DNA of 64,000 nucleotides from Candidatus Oxydemutatoraceae bacterium (GTDB lineage Bacteria; Pseudomonadota; Gammaproteobacteria; Poriferisulfidales; Oxydemutatoraceae): NCBI GenBank assembly GCA_965237985.1, contig OZ250161.1, positions 185,691 to 249,690 of the forward strand, read 5' to 3'. Shown piece by piece: positions 61,188 to 64,000 of this stretch (position 1 is its first letter; each line of letters starts with the position of its first letter). The notes under the pieces were generated by a model. It saw only the letters and a program-made list of their open reading frames with translations, ran no database searches and was not told where the DNA came from. The position numbers and the translations under genes were made by a program.

Positions 61188-62390
61188 ATGAGTAATTTGC
61201 GTTTGAATCGTTTGGAGCGGCGAACGGCTCTGTCTCTTTCCGGCGTATTTTTTGTGCGCATGCTGGGTGTGTTCATGCCTTTGTCGGTGCTGGCTGTGGC
61301 TGCTTCCAGCTTCCCAGGTGCCACTGCAATACTTGTAGGACTGGCGTTGGGGATCGTCGGTTTGACCCAGGCGATCATGCAACTGCCGTTTGGCATCCTT
61401 TCTGACCGCATTGGTCGTAAACCCGCGATTGTTGTCGGTCTTTTGATTTTCATAGCGGGTAGTGTCATCGCGGCGAGTTCTGAATCCATTCATCAAGTGA
61501 TTCTGGGGCGTGCTTTACAGGGGGTGGGGGCTATTTCTGCTGCAACCATGGCTTTGGCGGCAGACCTGGTGCGGGCCAGGCAGCGTTCCAGAGTTTCAAT
61601 GTTTATCGGCCTGGCAATCGGGACCGCTTTTTTTCTGGCCTTTTTAGTGGCACCGCTGTTGCTGAGCAATTTTGGTTTGCAGGGAGTATTCTATTTCGTT
61701 GCTCTGGGAGGTGGGGTTGCGCTTTTTTTGGTGTTGTTCGCGGTGCCGAACCCGGGGCAGACTGGTTTTCAGAAAAAGCAATCCGATACCAGTGCTGGAA
61801 TTTTAAGGTGGTTATTCCACAAGCAGCTCATGAAATTTCACGTCGGCATTTTTGTTTTGCATGCCACCTTGGTGGCAAATTTTATGGTTTTGCCATTTGT
61901 GCTTCGTGACCAGTTTCATTTTCCGCTCGTTGAGCACTGGAAGTTTTACATTCCGCTCCTGGGGCTTTCTTTCTTGCTCGTGTTTCCGCTTCTCAAGCTC
62001 GCCGAGAAAAAGTCCAAGTTCAAACTTTTTTTTCTGATCAATGCTTTTCTTCTGTCTTTTGCGCAGTTACTGTTTTTTGTGGTCCCCTCCGACTGGTTGT
62101 GGCTATTGTTGGCCGGGTTGATTTTTTTCGTGGCATTTAATTTTTTTGAAGCAAGTTTGCCGGCACTGGTCAGCCGGGTGGCTCCGGAAGAATTTCGCGG
62201 CACCTGTCTGGGTGTTTTTACTTCCTGCCAGTTTGCCGGTATTTTTGTAGGGGGACTTGTCGCGGGATTGATTCAGTCGTATGTTGGAACAGGCTTTCCC
62301 AGCTTGTTTGGTTTTGTCCTGTGTTCCTTGTGGTTACTATTCCTGACAAGCGTGAAGGAACCCCCTTTGCGCCACAGCAACAGGGAGTAG
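61188..62390 (+). CDS. MFS transporter
   Basis: Twelve predicted TM segments; 'GILSDRIGRKP' is the MFS loop 2-3 motif. Confidence 0.85.
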   Translation: MSNLRLNRLERRTALSLSGVFFVRMLGVFMPLSVLAVAASSFPGATAILVGLALGIVGLTQAIMQLPFGILSDRIGRKPAIVVGLLIFIAGSVIAASSESIHQVILGRALQGVGAISAATMALAADLVRARQRSRVSMFIGLAIGTAFFLAFLVAPLLLSNFGLQGVFYFVALGGGVALFLVLFAVPNPGQTGFQKKQSDTSAGILRWLFHKQLMKFHVGIFVLHATLVANFMVLPFVLRDQFHFPLVEHWKFYIPLLGLSFLLVFPLLKLAEKKSKFKLFFLINAFLLSFAQLLFFVVPSDWLWLLLAGLIFFVAFNFFEASLPALVSRVAPEEFRGTCLGVFTSCQFAGIFVGGLVAGLIQSYVGTGFPSLFGFVLCSLWLLFLTSVKEPPLRHSNRE

Positions 62391-62546
62391 TTCTGGTCTT
62401 TTATGGTGCGGGTCTTTCTTTTTCGGGAGACGAAAATGTCACGCTGTATTTGCGAAGCAATACAGTATAATCGTCTCGATTACCGGCGGCATTGCTATGT
62501 TTTTTCTTGGCAAAGATTGCTGATTTCAAATGGAGAATAATTCATC

Positions 62547-63089
62547 ATGTCAAGAGGTGTTAATAAAGTCATTCTAGTTGGAAATCTGGGTCAGGATCCT
62601 GATTTGCGTTACGGGCCCACGAATGGTTCAGCGGTGTGTAGTGCGTCCCTGGCGACGAATGAAACCTGGAAAGACCGTGCGACGGGCGAAAAACACGAGC
62701 GTACGGAATGGCATCGTCTGGTGTTTTTTGGTCGTCTTGCTGAAATTTCCGCCGAGCATTTGCGTAAGGGGTCGCAAGTGTATGTGGAGGGACGTCTAAG
62801 GTCGCGAAAGTGGGTAGACAATTCTGGTGCTGAGCGGCATCAGACGGAAATCGTGGTCAGCGAAATGCAAATGTTGGGTGGTCGTCCCGAAGGGTTCACC
62901 CGCCACGACGAACAACAACCTTCTCACAATACTAAAGAGGGGGACAGGCCTGACGCCGCACAGCAGCAACATGGTAATGTTGCCGCTCCACCCCAGTTTT
63001 CGACAAGAAGACCAGAGCGTTCGTCTCCCCGTGGTTTCTCCGAACAGGCGCCGGCGGAAAGCCTGGAAGACGACGATATTCCTTTTTAG
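62547..63089 (+). CDS. ssb: Single-stranded DNA-binding protein
   Basis: '[18 protein letters not shown]...[29 protein letters not shown]...' is an OB-fold. A Gly/Gln/Pro-rich tail ends in the acidic tip 'DDDIPF'. Confidence 0.95.
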   Translation: MSRGVNKVILVGNLGQDPDLRYGPTNGSAVCSASLATNETWKDRATGEKHERTEWHRLVFFGRLAEISAEHLRKGSQVYVEGRLRSRKWVDNSGAERHQTEIVVSEMQMLGGRPEGFTRHDEQQPSHNTKEGDRPDAAQQQHGNVAAPPQFSTRRPERSSPRGFSEQAPAESLEDDDIPF

Positions 63090-63316
63090 AAACCGAACCT
63101 GGACAGCTGTTCCGGAATAGTCTTTCGGTTTTGTGAGTAGCGAGTTTTGAGTTGTAAAGAGGTATTGTCTGTTCGGGCTTAGGTGTGTGCTGAAATGCAG
63201 AATCGTTTTTTCAACGGTATTGCCTGGGATTTCTTTGCTTGGAGTGGTATTCCGCTGACCCACAGCCTGCAGTGCACCCCTCTCGTTAACTTGGACAAAT
63301 GGTGTCGCGGCCGAGG

Positions 63317-64000
63317 TCCACTTTCGTAACCAGGAGGAGCGTGGTTTTGAGATGTTTTCGCTCTGGATTCGCCGGATCGTTGAGACACAAAACCGGTTTC
63401 CCGGCTTTTTTCCCAGAGTGATTTTCCGGTAGCTGGCATGTTTGGCATCAATGCTCCGGTTCTGGTAACCGGGGCAAGTGGGTTTATTGGAAGTGCTCTT
63501 TTGCGAGACTTGGTGGAGCACGGCTTTTCGGTGCGTGCCTTGGTGTGCAGCGAACCGGCGCACAAGCTACCTGGCGTCAGCTATTGCCGTGGCCCATTTT
63601 CGTAACCAGGAGGAGCGTGGTTTTGAGATGTTTTCGCTCCGGATTCGCCGGATCGTTGAGACACAAAACCGGTTTCCCGGCTTTTTTCCCAGAGTGATTT
63701 TCCGGTAGCTGGCATGTTTGGCATCAATGCCCAGGTCCTGGCAACCGGGGCAAGCGGGTTTATTGGAAGTGCTCTTTTGCGAGACTTGGTGGAGCACGGC
63801 TTTTCGGTGCGTGCCTTGGTGCGCAGCGAACCGGCGCGCAAGCTACTTGGTGTCAGCTATTGCCGTGGCCCATTTTCGTAACTAGGAGGAGCGTGGTTTT
63901 GAGATGTTTTCGCTCCGGATTCGCCGGATCGTTGAGGCACAGAACCGGTTTCCCGGCTTTTTCCCCAGAGTGATTTTCCAGTAGCTGGTATGTTTGGCAT
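63317..64000. repeat. Tandem repeat of at least 3 units of about 280 bp (continues past the window end), duplicating the leader and first approximately 56 codons of an NAD-dependent epimerase/dehydratase gene
   Basis: 'ccattttcgtaaccaggaggagcgtggttttgagatgttttcgct...atgtttggcatcaatgc' recurs at about 63317, 63594 and 63870. Confidence 0.9.
63429..63602 (+). pseudogene. 5' stub of an NAD(P)-dependent epimerase/dehydratase; a second stub starts at 63713 and a further copy at 63990
   Basis: 'MFGINAPVLVTGASGFIGSALLRDLVEHGFSVRALV' shows the Rossmann 'VTGASGFIGS' motif and then runs into the next repeat unit with 'CRGPFS*'. Confidence 0.6.

Noticed and set aside
63092-63150. Terminator after ssb
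   Set aside because: Only an 8-bp stem ('aaaccgaa'/'ttcggttt') with an approximately 35-nt loop before a short T-run, which is too weak to call.

Overview
The window is a 64 kb chromosomal segment of a gammaproteobacterium-like genome with roughly 52-55% GC. It carries long runs of housekeeping gene order: hemF-hemB-aroE-yrdA; leuC-leuD-leuB-asd-fimV-truA; trxB ... aat; yheT-cybB-yceI; lptD-surA-pdxA-rsmA(ksgA)-apaG-apaH; purL; ssb. It also contains five tRNAs (Thr, Pro, Arg, His, Lys), tmRNA (ssrA) and one decayed IS481-family insertion sequence. Next to the ssrA 3' end is the remnant of a CP4-57/P4-type integrase, fused to an Mrr-like restriction endonuclease whose N-terminal winged-helix (HARE-HTH) domain is tandemly triplicated. 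An accessory stretch holds a protein with three PPxY motifs, then an AlkB-like membrane hydroxylase, a GST, a FadL/TodX outer-membrane channel and a DUF4242 protein. There is also an orphan AddB-like PD-(D/E)XK nuclease of 944 aa, a Sel1-repeat gene broken by two identical 4-nt insertions, and a small paralogous family of unknown function near leuC in which two of three copies are truncated. The most unusual property of the window is recurrent tandem amplification of gene-boundary segments. Eleven loci have this structure: ten are tandem arrays of 3-6 copies with units of about 62-355 bp that duplicate the 5' or 3' end of a gene together with the adjacent intergenic sequence, and one is a dispersed pair of about 180 bp. 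These arrays create frameshifted stubs, extra promoter and start copies, and in one case a frameshift of rsmA itself. All calls rest on reading the translations and the DNA by eye; no searches were run.
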